Shown here piece by piece: positions 10,079 to 22,243 of a stretch of DNA of 42,065 nucleotides. Made by a program: the position numbers and the translations under genes. The stretch lies in contig MU271217.1 in NCBI GenBank assembly GCA_021432655.1, forward strand, positions 104,985 to 147,049, given 5' to 3'. This stretch comes from Atractiella rhizophila. Taxonomy: Eukaryota. The notes under the pieces are model-generated. The model did no database searches. It had not been told where the DNA came from and worked only from the letters and a program-made list of their open reading frames with translations. Position 1 is the stretch's first letter; each line of letters begins with the position of its first letter.

Positions 10079-11986
10079 ATGTCATCGTATCCTCCTCGCT
10101 GGGCATCAGCTTCCAAAACGGCAGAGCGACCCGGTGTGCTCACTTCCATTCTGCTCTACGCTGCTCCACTTGCCTTCATCACCATCTCCTTCTACGTGCT
10201 CACACATCCTTCACTACCCACCATCGACGTCATTTCAGACAACGCCGACCATGCCACTGGCACCTCTCGCATACGACCGTCGTCGAAGGACCCCCTGTCG
10301 ACATTGCCAGTACCCCGTCAGCTAGAAGAAGACAGGAAATACCTCGCTTACCTCCCTCATAGCGGGTTTCACAACCAGCGCATAGCGCTCCAAAATGCCC
10401 TCTTACTCGGACAGTACCTTAATCGCACCGTCCTCGTCCCTCCGATATGGACAGGCGCTAGATCACCTGGAATGCACACGTACGAAATGCTCTCAGCGTT
10501 GTGGGAAGAGGGAACTAAGGGGAGGGCACCGTTCGTCAAGCGACAGGGAGGCGGCAAGACTCAAATGAAGGAGGAAGAGGAGTTGACAGGACGAAGCTTT
10601 GTCAGTTGGGACTTTGTGTTCGATCTTAGGACGGTCGAGGTGCAGGAGGGGATCTCTTTGGCGAACAGGTGGTGGGGTGACGGGACTGGAGAAGTGACGG
10701 GGATGATGGAACAAGGGGCTCTGATAGATGCTGGGGGTCTTTCCGAAGCTGACATAGTGAGTTATACCTTTCCAACATCTCCTTGAGCGAACGCTCAATG
10801 AAGATGAGGGATTAGCTCAGAATCACGGAGACTGGCGAGCGCTACGACCTCCTCTACACCGATCGTCTCCCCCCTTCCACGCCTCTCATCTCCAATGTAA
10901 CAGCCGAAGAATGGTACAAATTCAACCGTGCCGTCTCCCTCCCCACTCTCTCCACCGTCCCCGAACGCTTAATCCTCTTTGGCTCCCTCTTCGGTAGCGA
11001 CAGAGTGGTGATTAAGGGAAAGCCTCACCATTACATGGCCAAGCGTCTGATCTTCGACCATCCCATGTTACTTCATACGGCGCGCGAGATGGGGGAGAAG
11101 TTGGGCGGGAAGGCGGCTTACGCGAGCGTTTTGGCTCGAGTTGGAGATGGAGTGTTTAAGAAAAAGGCGGAAGAGCTGCAGCAGAGATTGTTTGAGGGGA
11201 TCGTGAGAGCCATGGTGGATGAACACTGGGAGGAGGGGTTGAGGGATGAACGGTTCAAGGATGTCCTAGAACTGTTAAAGGTGAAGGAGGAGCAAAGGAG
11301 GAAGAGTCTGGTGGACGAGAAGAGGAAGAGAGCATCGATCTCTAAAGGGAAGCGGGATTGGGAGGAGTTTATCCGGCGGGAAGGAGGGTGGTCATTTATC
11401 GATTCAGCTTTACAACTGTCTTCGAAACAAGCAGGAGACGAGCTCTCGACTCGGTCACCACTGCCGCTCCCCCTTCCTCAAGACACAGACCCATCTGAAA
11501 ACGGATTGTCCTGCCACACTTCACTCCACGACAATCCCCTACTATCACCTTTCAATGCGCCTTTCTACCTCGCCACTGACTCTCATTCTCCCTCAACAGA
11601 CGTGCACCTGAACAGGTTCTACGCCGCCTTTCCATGTCTACACACCCTCTCGTCCGTCTTTATCCTTCCTTTGCACAACATACATTGACTGTGTCAACAT
11701 AGGGACTTCTTGGAAGGAGATGAAGATCTAGCGGCTGGGGTAAAGAACGCGATGGAGTGGAGGAATCTCCAAGACTCTGGCGAGAAGCTGGGTGGGCTCA
11801 TGTTGCCTATCCTGGATGGTATGGTGGCTGCGAGAGCTCGGATCGTTATCCGTTCGTCCTCCCACTCTTCTCCCTACTGCATGGCGAGGACTGTTGACGA
11901 TGTGTTGGGCAGCGACGGAGGATTCGACTTTTGGCACTTATGTCGCTAACCAGCTGCATGAGGCTTACATGCAGAAGGACGACTAA
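10079..11986 (+). CDS. O-fucosyltransferase-like (POFUT/CigA-type GT-B) type II membrane protein (exons 10079-10756, 10816-11651, 11703-11851, 11913-11986)
   Basis: N-terminal TM segment, then KYLAYLPHSGFHNQRIALQNALLLGQYLNRTVLVPP, LILFGSLFGSDR, RVGDG, FYLATD, and LDGMVAARA..TEDSTF at the C-terminus. Confidence 0.85.
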
Positions 11987-12218
11987 TCGACCGTTTAATT
12001 CGTCTTTCGCGAGGAGAGTAGTCGTATTATAATACCAGCAGGGCTGCTTATACCCATTATATACAAGGCATTGAGGCAACCGAAGCCTCAAGACATCTCA
12101 AGTCAGATACTGCCATGATCGACGATGCAGGGAGGATGTATTCTAAATATTTTTCAGATGCATTCCATAACACAACAAACGGCTGTACAATCTGCTGCCC
12201 TTCCCCTGCCCAAGAAAC

Positions 12219-14184
12219 TCACGGACCTCCTCTACCCCGTCCAAATTGTGCCGCCCTACAATCCCAATGGAATCAGCTCCACCTCGCTTTGCAAGTTCGA
12301 AGCGGCAACTCACATATCCCTCAGCGCCGGGTCATTCATGAGCTGACTGAAGTCTGGCATCCCACCTCCAGATTGCATCTGGTTTGCCTGTTTTGTTTCA
12401 TAAGCCGTCTCTCGTTTCAGGGTACGTAAAGAGCAACCAACCATATTCTGCACGGTTGGATTATTCATGAGATTAGCGCCAGCAGGAGACTGTAGGAACT
12501 GTTGTGCCCTGATCTCGACATCAGACGCGGGGCTGAACAAGAATCAATACACGCACATATTCATGATAGCCGGGTTGTTCATCATCTCCATGAGATTAGG
12601 CATTCCTCCACCACCCCTTCCCATTCCTCCAAACATGTTAGCCATGCTGGCCAAATCAGGCATTCCTCCAGTCACAGCTCCACCTCGAGCTCCAGCATTG
12701 TCTATAACGTCATCGGCGTCATCTTCATCTGCATCCTCCTCAGCTGCCGCCTTCGATTTAGCAGTCACAAGGGAGTTCTTCATCACCGCGTTCTGTCTAG
12801 CGTTTCAACCACTGACCATGAATTAGGGAAAGTGACTAACATTAGGATCAAGCTCTAAGCCTTTCTCGTATGCCTTGACGGCTTCTGAATACTTTCCACT
12901 GGAGAATAATGCGTGTCCTAGGCGCGAATACGCCTTAGAAAACTTGGGGTCGACTTCTGCAGCCTTAGTTCCATCCGCGATGGCTGAGGTATGGTCTCCC
13001 ATTTGGGAGTAAGCGGCGGCCCTTTGAACTCCATCAGGTGGCGAACTTGCGTTTTGGGCAAGACATACCGATTGCTGTAATAGACAGGGTTGTTGGGATC
13101 TTTCTCGATCGCTTTCGTGTATTCTGCGATCGCGCCAGAGTAGTCTTTCGAAGCCATTAATGCGTTTCCTGTGGATTTGAAAGCTTCTGCGGCAGCTTTA
13201 TCTTCTGCTGACGGCGGCGATGGAGCCGATGTCGAAGCGGTTGGAGTCTAAATACAAGTCAGCGACGAAAAAAAACTTCCAAAGTCACGTAATGTTGCAA
13301 GGTAGGGGAATAAGCCTAGCTCATCTGAGCAATGTGTTCTCATTTTAACGGATGAGCAAGGGGAGAGAACACGGAAGATAAAGTGATGGTTGGCGATCTC
13401 CTCGTTAGACATGAAAAAGGCAAGGGTGCTTGTGCAAATTGAGCTATTTCGATACTACAGAGGACACAGCGGCAACGGAGCATCGTGGCAAGTCACATTG
13501 TGCATTGAGACCACCTCGTCTAGAAACGTAGTCCTCGCAAAGCCGTGATGATGCGGCGACCTTTCACAATTAGAGAAATCAAGCTTGCCTATCGGTAAGC
13601 AGCAAGAGGCTTCGATACTTGGTGATGGATCACTCATCGCATTTATTCTGAGTAGTAAAGTGGAGCTGAAGCCAAGGAAGGCGACATCAGTTGCGAATGA
13701 TCATTGGTGCGCAATTGTCAAATTGTGCAACTAAACAGGTACACTTCCTCAGCTGAGACTGAAAGTGTTCATGACGGCATCTCCACTTGAAAAAAAGGCA
13801 AATGATGGACGGGCAAGGTAATATTAGATGGCTGAGGCAGAGAAGAATGCTTCATGACATATTGCTTCGATCACAAATATTACGATGAGAAGGCATAGTT
13901 TAATCGAAACCATCTACCTCCTGAAACGAAGCAAAGGAACAACATACGTCTTTCTTCCCCAATCTCTCCTTCGTCCTGACCCACGCCTCCCACGCCTTCC
14001 CCAGCTCCTTGCCTTCCGCGTCTCCAGCACCAGCAGCATCCACTCCGAACGCCTCCCCTATACACTGTATGGCGACCTCCAAACCCTCTACATCTTCGGA
14101 TTTGACGCTGCCATCAGTGAGCGACTGTCGAAGGAAGGAGAGGATGGAGGAGACGAGAGAGCGGCGGGAGAGGGGCGTGGACAT
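12219..14184 (-). CDS. SGT2: Small glutamine-rich TPR co-chaperone SGT2 (exons 14184-13948, 13247-13069, 13021-12841, 12792-12557, 12508-12442, 12387-12314, 12255-12219)
   Basis: Dimerisation domain (SILSFLRQS..EGLEVAIQCIGEAFGVD), three TPRs (AEAFKSTGNALM..YYSNRAAAYSQ..KAYSRLGHAL) and an STI1-like Met/Asn-Pro tail. The 3' end is uncertain because a gtgagt donor overlaps the stop codon. Confidence 0.92.
13260..13940. ncRNA. Candidate structured RNA inside SGT2 intron 1
   Basis: The 700-nt intron (13947-13248) has many 6-9 bp complementary pairs and a pseudoknot-type interleaved stem pair. Family and strand were not identified. Confidence 0.35.
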
Positions 14185-14282
14185 TTCTATTTCTTTCGTT
14201 GGGATGTATACTGTGTCTTCGTATCTTGCTGGCTTTATGGGCTGCAGTTATCAGTTGTCGTGGGCACTTTAATATCGACGAC

Positions 14283-14300
14283 GAATGCTCTCGAATCTTC
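14283..14300. promoter_or_regulatory. Putative heat shock element
   Basis: GAAtgCTCtcGAAtcTTC: four alternating nGAAn units with one mismatch, about 100 bp upstream of the SGT2 ATG. Confidence 0.5.
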
Positions 14301-14979
14301 AGACGGGTGGCTTGAGTAGGGTTAGGTTTGCAAGGAAGAAATTGGTTCCGCCAGAAACAAGCAGTCGTCTCCTCTCCACGTTCTATCTCTCGAGATGAAA
14401 GCAATCATGATGCGATAGAATTGCTGTATACACACTGGTAGATACCGGATACAATATCATGATTGTAGCAAATGTTTTGCTTCATACAACCAGTGTTACT
14501 CTTATACCTATTCGCATATTGCGTGGAAGTTGCTGGTGTATCGTTGTCAGTGAAGTCTTCATAGTATAAGTTTCGGAGAACGACTGAAGTAGCTTCATGG
14601 CCCCGACTGGAATCATTCCGCCTCAGCAGCATGGATTCCGTTTTCTGCAGTTCGCATCGCGGCCAAGCGAAGCGCTCAAGTCCCCAAATTGCTCCATCCC
14701 TCGGAAGAAGTACTGAACAATGGCTGGTGCTGGCAAGGCTAAGCGCTAAGGCTAGCTTCCCTGTGCTGCTTCCGGTGGCCGGAAAGAGTCCAAGAGACGG
14801 CCGGAAAAGGCAAAGGGCTAACTATGACGTTGTTCCATTTCCATCTCACTTTCACTTCACCTAAAACCACGACGCCCATTACGTTCCACCCACACTCACT
14901 CCCCTCTTATTGCCTGTATCTACCCACCAACATTTAGTGCTTTGTGTGCGATATATTCCGACAAGGACAGACATCGAGC

Positions 14980-17900
14980 ATGTCCACCACCTACACGTTC
15001 GACCCCGACTCCAAACCGGGCGAGAAGAAGGCTCTCGTCTCCAAAGGACGCGAAGAGCGCTGGGAGCCGTCGAAGGAGGAGACAAGCTCAAGCCAGGAGG
15101 ACGCGAAGGAGCTGGTGCGTCCCGTCACTTTTCCCGCCTGTCCAAAAATGGGTTCTCGTTCTCGCCGCTGAGTGAAGGATGCGGGTGCGGGGATTGACGC
15201 TACTGTTGGGCAACAGCGGTCGCGTCGGATTTGGGAACGAAAGGAATAAAGGTCCAGACGACGGTGGATAGCGCGGAGGTCGAAAAACTCAATAAAGCTC
15301 TCGAGGGAGAGAGTGCTATTCCTGGAGGAATCCCAGCGGAAAAAGGCTGGCATTTTGCCCGCATGGTTCGTCCTTCTTGTTGGAATGAGGTATTTACGAT
15401 AGAGGATGACATGGTGGTGCATGGCACAGGTACAAAGTCGGCTATCTTGCTCAAAATGAGGGAGGATGGACGGGTGAACTTGCGACTGCAACTGACGAGG
15501 AAAAGAAACATAGGACCATTCTCGAAGAATGGGTGGCAGAGATGTGGTACGGCGAGTGGTACGTATCTCACCTTTTCCTTTCAGTTAGTAGGAAACAGGA
15601 AGGAGGGAGCAAGTGCCAAGTGCTGTTTACATCTTGGCAGAGCTCTAAGGCGGAGAGTGTTCATTATGGTCCCCATTGTGGTGCGAGCACACTGTAGATT
15701 GGGGTACCGCTGTTGTGTCCTTTTGCTGGTGAACACCTTCTTGGAGTGGAATATCCTGGAGACACAGCTGTTGCATGTCAGCTTGGCAACACCACCTGCT
15801 TATCTAAAACAGGAACATGAAGGGTAACCAGCTTGAGATGGAGCAGCATATTTTTGGATCTATTTCTTCCACATTCATCGTTTAAAATGACTGCATCAAA
15901 GGCACTTTAAAGAAACTAATGGGACATGTGTCGCAGTTTTTGATCATTCAGACAGCAACGTTTCTCCTCAGACAAAGATTCTCAACTCAATGTGTGTGCG
16001 GAGGGCCAGTGAGCCTACATGCAAAAGCACAATTAGCCATGTTTTGGCCGCACACATTTATTTCATTTCAATTGCTTCTTCGACCCGTTTGTTTGAAAAC
16101 TGTATCTGCAACAAAAGCACTAACATTTGAACAGGTACCACAATGCAGCAATCATCCTTTTCACCGCGCTCGCCACCCGCTTCTTCACCTACTTCCGTTT
16201 CGGCTGGGGCTGGTTCTTCCTGATCGTCGCCTTCAGCGCGACCTACTACAAGACCTCCATCAGACGCTTCCGCCGAAACGCCCGCGACGACCTTCAAAGG
16301 GAGCTGAGCAAACGACGACTGTTCGAGGAGAGGGAGAGTGCAGAATGGATCAACCTGTTTCTGGAGAGATTTTGGAGAATTTACGAGCCTGTAAGTTGGC
16401 CGTCTCTTGTTGAACTTGGATGTGTAACGGTTTTTATGTAGGTACTGTCAGCCACTATCGTCACGACGGTGGATCAAGTTCTTTCCGTTTCCACACCGTC
16501 CTTTTTGGACTCTTTGCGGATGCACACCTTTACCTTGGGGACGAAACCTCCTCGGATAGACTACGTCAAAACCTTTCCCGATACAGAGGCGGATGTCGTG
16601 GTGATGGATTGGAAGATTTCTTTCACTCCCAACGACCAGCTTGATATGACCAAGCGTCAGTTGGCCACGCACAAAAATCCGAAGATTGTCCTCAGGGTCA
16701 ACTTCGGGAAGGGTGTCCTCGTAGCCGGGAAGGATATTGTGGTCGAAGACATCACGTTTGCAGGCAGCATGAGAATTCGACTGAAGCTCATGACTAACTT
16801 CCCTCACATCAAGACTGCTGAAGTCAGTTTCATGGAGAAGCCAATCGTTGATTTTGTTCTCAAACCAGTTGGATTTGATCTGAATATGGTTGGTCCCTTC
16901 CAGTCGTTCTGTTGGATCTTGTTTGATGTGGAGCTTTAGTTACCTGGTTTGAGCTCTTTCATCGATTCCCAAGTACATGCGACTTTGGGTCCAATGATGT
17001 ACGATCCGAATGTATGCCTCCTCCAGTGGGTGCTTTACTGGCCGCTCACGGAATTTAGGTCTTCACTCTCGACCTCGAGCAAATGCTGTCAGGAACTCCG
17101 GCAGACGCTGCCATTGGAGTTCTTCAAGTGACTATCTTCAATGGGCGGGGATTGAAAGGCACGAAGTTCGGCGGTGGAACACCCGATCCCTATGTATCAC
17201 TCTCGCTCAATGGGAAGAAAGTTCTGTACAAGACGAAAGTCAAACATTCGACCACCAATCCTCACTGGAACGAAACTGCTTTTATCCTTGTTCAGACTCT
17301 CAACGACGTCCTCTCTTTTGCCGTCATCGACTATAACGATCATCGAAATGATACCGAAATGGGAGTTGCAAACTTCCCTTTGAAGAGCTTGGAGGAAGAC
17401 GCCGAGCAAGAGAATCTCCGGGTCCCGGTCCTCGATGATGGAAAGGAAAAGGGACAGGTTAGGTTCGACGTCGTTTACTATCCTGTCCTGAAGCCGAAGA
17501 AGTTGGAAGATGGGACAGAGGAGCCGCTGCCTGAGACAAGTTCGTATTTATTATCATGTGGAATACGCCTGATAGTGGAGACAGCATCTGGTATCGTCCG
17601 ACTGACTGTTCATCAAGCAAAAGACCTGGTCGAGTCGGAAGGATTGGGCCAACTCAGCCCTTATTGCCACCTTCTGGTGAACGGACAGAAGATCAAACAA
17701 TCTCAAATCATCAAGCGCATGTCGAATCCGATCTGGGAGGTTTATGAGGACTACCTCATCACGGACAAGGCGAACGCGGTTGTTGGTGTCAGGGTTCTGG
17801 ATGATAAGTCACTTGTCAAGGATCCACAGCTTGGGCATGTCAGCCTCAAACTGACAAAACTGCTGGAGCACAATCAAAAGCGGGAGGATTGGTTTCCACT

Positions 17901-20884
17901 CGTTGGCGGACGCGGTGGCGGAAGGGTCAGGGTGAGCGCAACGTGGCGGCCTGTGCTCATGGCTGGCGCTGTCAATGGCGCTGGAGTGTACACTCCTCCG
18001 ATCGGTGTCATGCGAATTTGGTACGGTCCTACTTGGCCAAATGAGATTGCCGCTGATGATAGAGCAGGATCCACAAAGCGACTGACCTCAAAAACGTCGA
18101 AGGGCTGACAGGTGGAAAAAGCGATCCTTATGTTCGTGTCCTGCATAGTGGTATCATTGTCGCGAGAACTATGGGTACTTTATCCACCCCCCACCCAGCG
18201 ACGCTTACTGATCTTGCTCTCCAGTTGTGTACGCGTTAACCTTGTTGTCGAGACATAGTCATTCATAGTTTTACAGGGACAACAATCTGAATCCGGAGTG
18301 GGAAGAAGTCATTTATATCGCCGTCCACAAGTACGTCCGCTCCAATAAATGCCATAATCGGGCTGTATTTAAGTGATATGCAGCGTCCGCGAAAATTTCG
18401 TGCTAGAAGCCATGGACTACCAACACAGCGGGTTCGTACTCTGTTATCAGGTGAATGTGTCTTAGCTCGTTCTGCAGCAAAGACCGATCTTTGGGCGTCA
18501 TCGACGTCCGACCTTCCGATTATGTTCAGCAAGGAGAGGACAAATCTGCCCCATTGGTTTCGCTTGGCCGGAAGAACCTTCAAGATAGCTTCAAAACAGA
18601 CGGAAAGAAGACAGTCAAAGGCACACTTTATTATGAGGTGGAGTTCCTTCCTACACCTAAGATGAAGAACATCTCTTTCGAAGCTCCACCATCCACTCTT
18701 GATCGTGCAGACCGTGTTAAGGATGAGGGGGACACGACTGACGACGAGTCGATTGTCGAAACTAGAACGGCCAATACGGACGCAGAGGAGGATATGTTTG
18801 AGGATGCCAAAGCCAATGGCGTAAATGGGACAGATGAGCCCGCCACTCCGGTTTCAGACGAGGGTCTGGAGCTTTCCGTCGATGAGCTCAAGACACGTCG
18901 TATGTCCCAGTCTCACACACCTGGTCCATCTGACTTGCCTGTCACAGAAAGCGGACTGTTTCTTTTCCACATCACATCAGGAACGCTTGCGAAGAAAGGA
19001 GCGAGGCTTGAGGTCCTTATAAACGACGGTTACTGGCCAGCTTGTGGGCAATATTTTAGCGTCGAGAGTTTCGGCTGACAAATGTAATAGACACTACTGA
19101 GCGTGCGCGTTCTACTCACGCAACATTTGACGAAGTTGGCGAGTGCTTCATTAAGGAGCTGGACTTCGCGACTATCCGCCTGGCTCTCAACGAGTCAGAA
19201 CACGACAACGCAGACGAGATTTATGCTGACTTCCGTACTGATCTCAAGGCATTCATGGACGAAACGCTGGTCCGCTTACTCTCTTACTTCTCAAGGAACT
19301 AGCTGAAATTATTGCCACCTAGAATGGACCGCATACTTTTACATTGACGGATAGCGAAGGAAAGAACAAAAGTCTTATCACCATTGCTTGCAAGTACATT
19401 CCCATGGACATCAAACTTGAGCCGTACGAGAGCATCAATAGTGCGTGCTTTCCCGTTCCGTACTTGCCACTAATGGTCCCTGGGCTAGATATGGGACAAC
19501 TGCGTGTCACGCTGTTGGACGGAAAGAATCTCCCAGCAATGGATAGGAACGGGAAATCGGATCCTTATGCTGTCTTCACGTTAAATGGAGAGAAGGTTTT
19601 CAGGAGTGAAGTTCAAAAGAAGACACTAAACCCAGTTTGGAAGCAGACATTTGATGTCGAAGTTGTGCGTCTACTTCTCACAAGCTCAGAAATTTCCTGA
19701 CGGTCCTGCAGCCCTCCCGAACCGCAGCTGACTTCCGAGTCGACATTTTCGATTGGGACATGGTCGGCGAGTCAGACAAGATTGGTCGGTGTCAGATCAA
19801 CCTCGCAGAACTGGAACCTTTCATGAAGTTGGACAAAACTCTTCCACTGATCAATGTCAAATCAAATCAACCAACTGGCGATATCCGCATATCCATGGTC
19901 TTCAAATCCGCCCTCGTGGCACGTAATCGTCATGCTACTTCAACTTTCAGTAGCATGGGCCGCGTTGCCACTGGTTTGGGGGGAGTTGTTGGTGGTGTGG
20001 GAGGTGGAGTTGTCCATGGAGTCGAGAAAGGAGCTGGGGGTCTCGGGAAAGGCCTTGGAAAAGGTTTTGGAGCTGTTGGAGCAGTCTTCGGTGGTCGAAA
20101 GAACAGTGTCTCCAACGACGGCAACATTTCGATTCCCGTTCCACCTGTTCCTCAAGACATTCCTGCTACCCAGATCTCCGCGCCAGTGGACGACGTTCCT
20201 GCGTCGCAAGGCTACGCTATTCCCCCTAGCGACTCTGATGGCAACTTTCTCTCTGCTAACGGGGCTGTAGGAGAAGTCGGAGTTTTGAGGGTGACGGTTG
20301 TGCGAGGAAAGAATCTTGGAGAAGATGCTGAGAAACCATATGTGGAGGTAAAACAGGGCAGGAAAACGGTCGGGGAGACCAAGGTTGCCGCTAACGAAGG
20401 AGGAGTGTGCAATTGGGACGAGTCCTTTTCAATTCGAACTGGCCGAGAGGAGTGTGCTCTAGATGTGATGGTCATGTTCGCTCTTAATCCTCCTGTTTAA
20501 ATGTCTCGCTGATCGCAGGATCAGGAACAAACATCGCTTTGGAAAAGATGAAAAGTTGGGAGAAAGCAAGATTGACGTTTGGCGACATGTAAGTCTTGTC
20601 AATTAATACCTCGTGTCTTCAATAGAGTTCTGCTTCAGATTCAACCTTCAGCTCAGCAACCTATTCTATCAGCGCAAGTAATGTGTTCGGTGACAGACGG
20701 AGGAAGCGGAATTCTCGAATTCATGCTCGATTGGACTCCATCTGGAGGGTCTTCGATTGATCTTGATGGACGGGCAAGTATCAGCAGCAGGAGGGAACCT
20801 AGCAGTCCGGCCAATTCAACAAAGAAGGGGAGCCGCTTCAGAGTTCTCTCGATGAAGAGGGAGCATCCTGAACCCGACAACTAG
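14980..20884 (+). CDS. Tricalbin (ER-plasma membrane tether; SMP domain plus multiple C2 domains), many exons
   Basis: PAWYKVG, TM hairpin WYHNAAIILF..FGWGWFFL, SMP domain (ESAEWINLFLERFWRIYEP..FTLGTKPPRI..PHIKTAEVSF) and several C2 domains (TPDPYV, GKSDPYV, GKSDPYAVF..KTLNPVW). Junctions near the 5' end are ambiguous. Confidence 0.93.
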
Positions 20885-22243
20885 TTGCTTTCCTGAGGCG
20901 ATCCAGATAGGATTTGGAGTCAGTAGATTCGGAAGCTTTCGTTTTTGGTCGTTTTTATCAGCGGTGGAAAGGCATCTCAACCCCTGTAACACATCATACA
21001 TGGACAATTGCTGCATCAGGGCGACGTACTGTAAAATATAATCCGTCAATGTTCATTCCCCTGTTTTCTTTCTGTAGTCGTAGATTTTTAACAGCTGGAG
21101 CCTGGTCAAACATTCAAGTTCTGTCAGGCAACCTGGCGCAATTTTATCAACTGTGGCTGTCTATGTTTGAGGAGTAAGAATATGAAACGGAGTCCATGGG
21201 TGGGTTATGCCAGATACGGGTGGAAGAGGCTGTAGAGTTGTATGATTGATTCTAGTGCGTGTCTTCTCACTAGCAGCCGACGGTCGTGATCTGTCAGACT
21301 TTGACGCAAAGTCACATTCCCAAGTGGAGTACCATCATCATCCGGGGGGGTCGTACTAGGTAAGTGCGCAAAGTCAGCAAGCTTTATCTGCTTCCAGTTT
21401 CAATTACGCGACTTAACCACTACTATATACTAGTATAAAACTATGCAGAGTTCCTATCCCAAAGAGTTCCGCTTTTCAATCCTTAAACATCACGATGATA
21501 CAGAGTTCCACTTCAGCCTTCAAGAAGTGTTAGATGCCGATCTGCCTACGCCGGTTTACAATAAGTTGGGCAAGTTGCGCTTATGTAGGTGCATAAGAGA
21601 CCTTTCCTGCCCAGAACGTAAGAAGACTTGCTTCATTACTGCCCTCATATGTGTTACAAAATCCGACTCTGAGATCCTGTGCTTCCTTCAGCCCTCTAGC
21701 TTGCAAGGTTAGCATAGTAATCCGAAGATTCTATGGCTGACGATGTTCCCTTATCCAACTAGCTAGTTAACTGAAGACTTGCACAAGAAGGCAAATATGC
21801 AAACTTCAACAATTTAACTTTGGCTCCTGTTGTGTGATTGAGCACCAGAGGTTTCTTGGGTGATAGATTTTGCTTCCGTCGCTTTGCTAATCAAACGATT
21901 TTCAAGTTCGATCAAGCTCTCAAGTTTCAAGCTGGGTGAATAACGTAGAAGTGGCTGAACACCTGACGAGAGGGGAAGATCCATCAAAGCCATCACGGTT
22001 GCTTTGCGGCACGCATGGACACACTTGCAAGCCGCTCAAGGCAAAGGTTTGTGAACCCCGTTCATCAGCGCTCCGTCGATAATTGTTGCAGCGCTGTCAA
22101 CATCTGAAGTCCGTCAGCACCATTTCCCTCAAGCGTTGACCGAGATGCGTCCAGGTTGTTCGATAAATTAAAAGGCAGCATCACTTGACTCCACTTCTTT
22201 CCCATCTTTCCCTCTCCAGTCGCTTCATTACCAAACGACCTGC

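Noticed and set aside
13248..13947. Telomerase RNA, snR30/U17, U3 or RNase P/MRP identity for the SGT2 intron
   Set aside because: No AACCCT template; AAACCAT is present but lacks the m1 motif and correct ACA spacing; no U3 box A; only weak P4-like matches.
15231..15827. 198-aa ORF as a separate gene
   Set aside because: Read-through of tricalbin exons into introns.
21400..22000. Short ORFs between tricalbin and the DUF3533 genes
   Set aside because: No recognisable domain or consistent splice model; at most decayed fragments.
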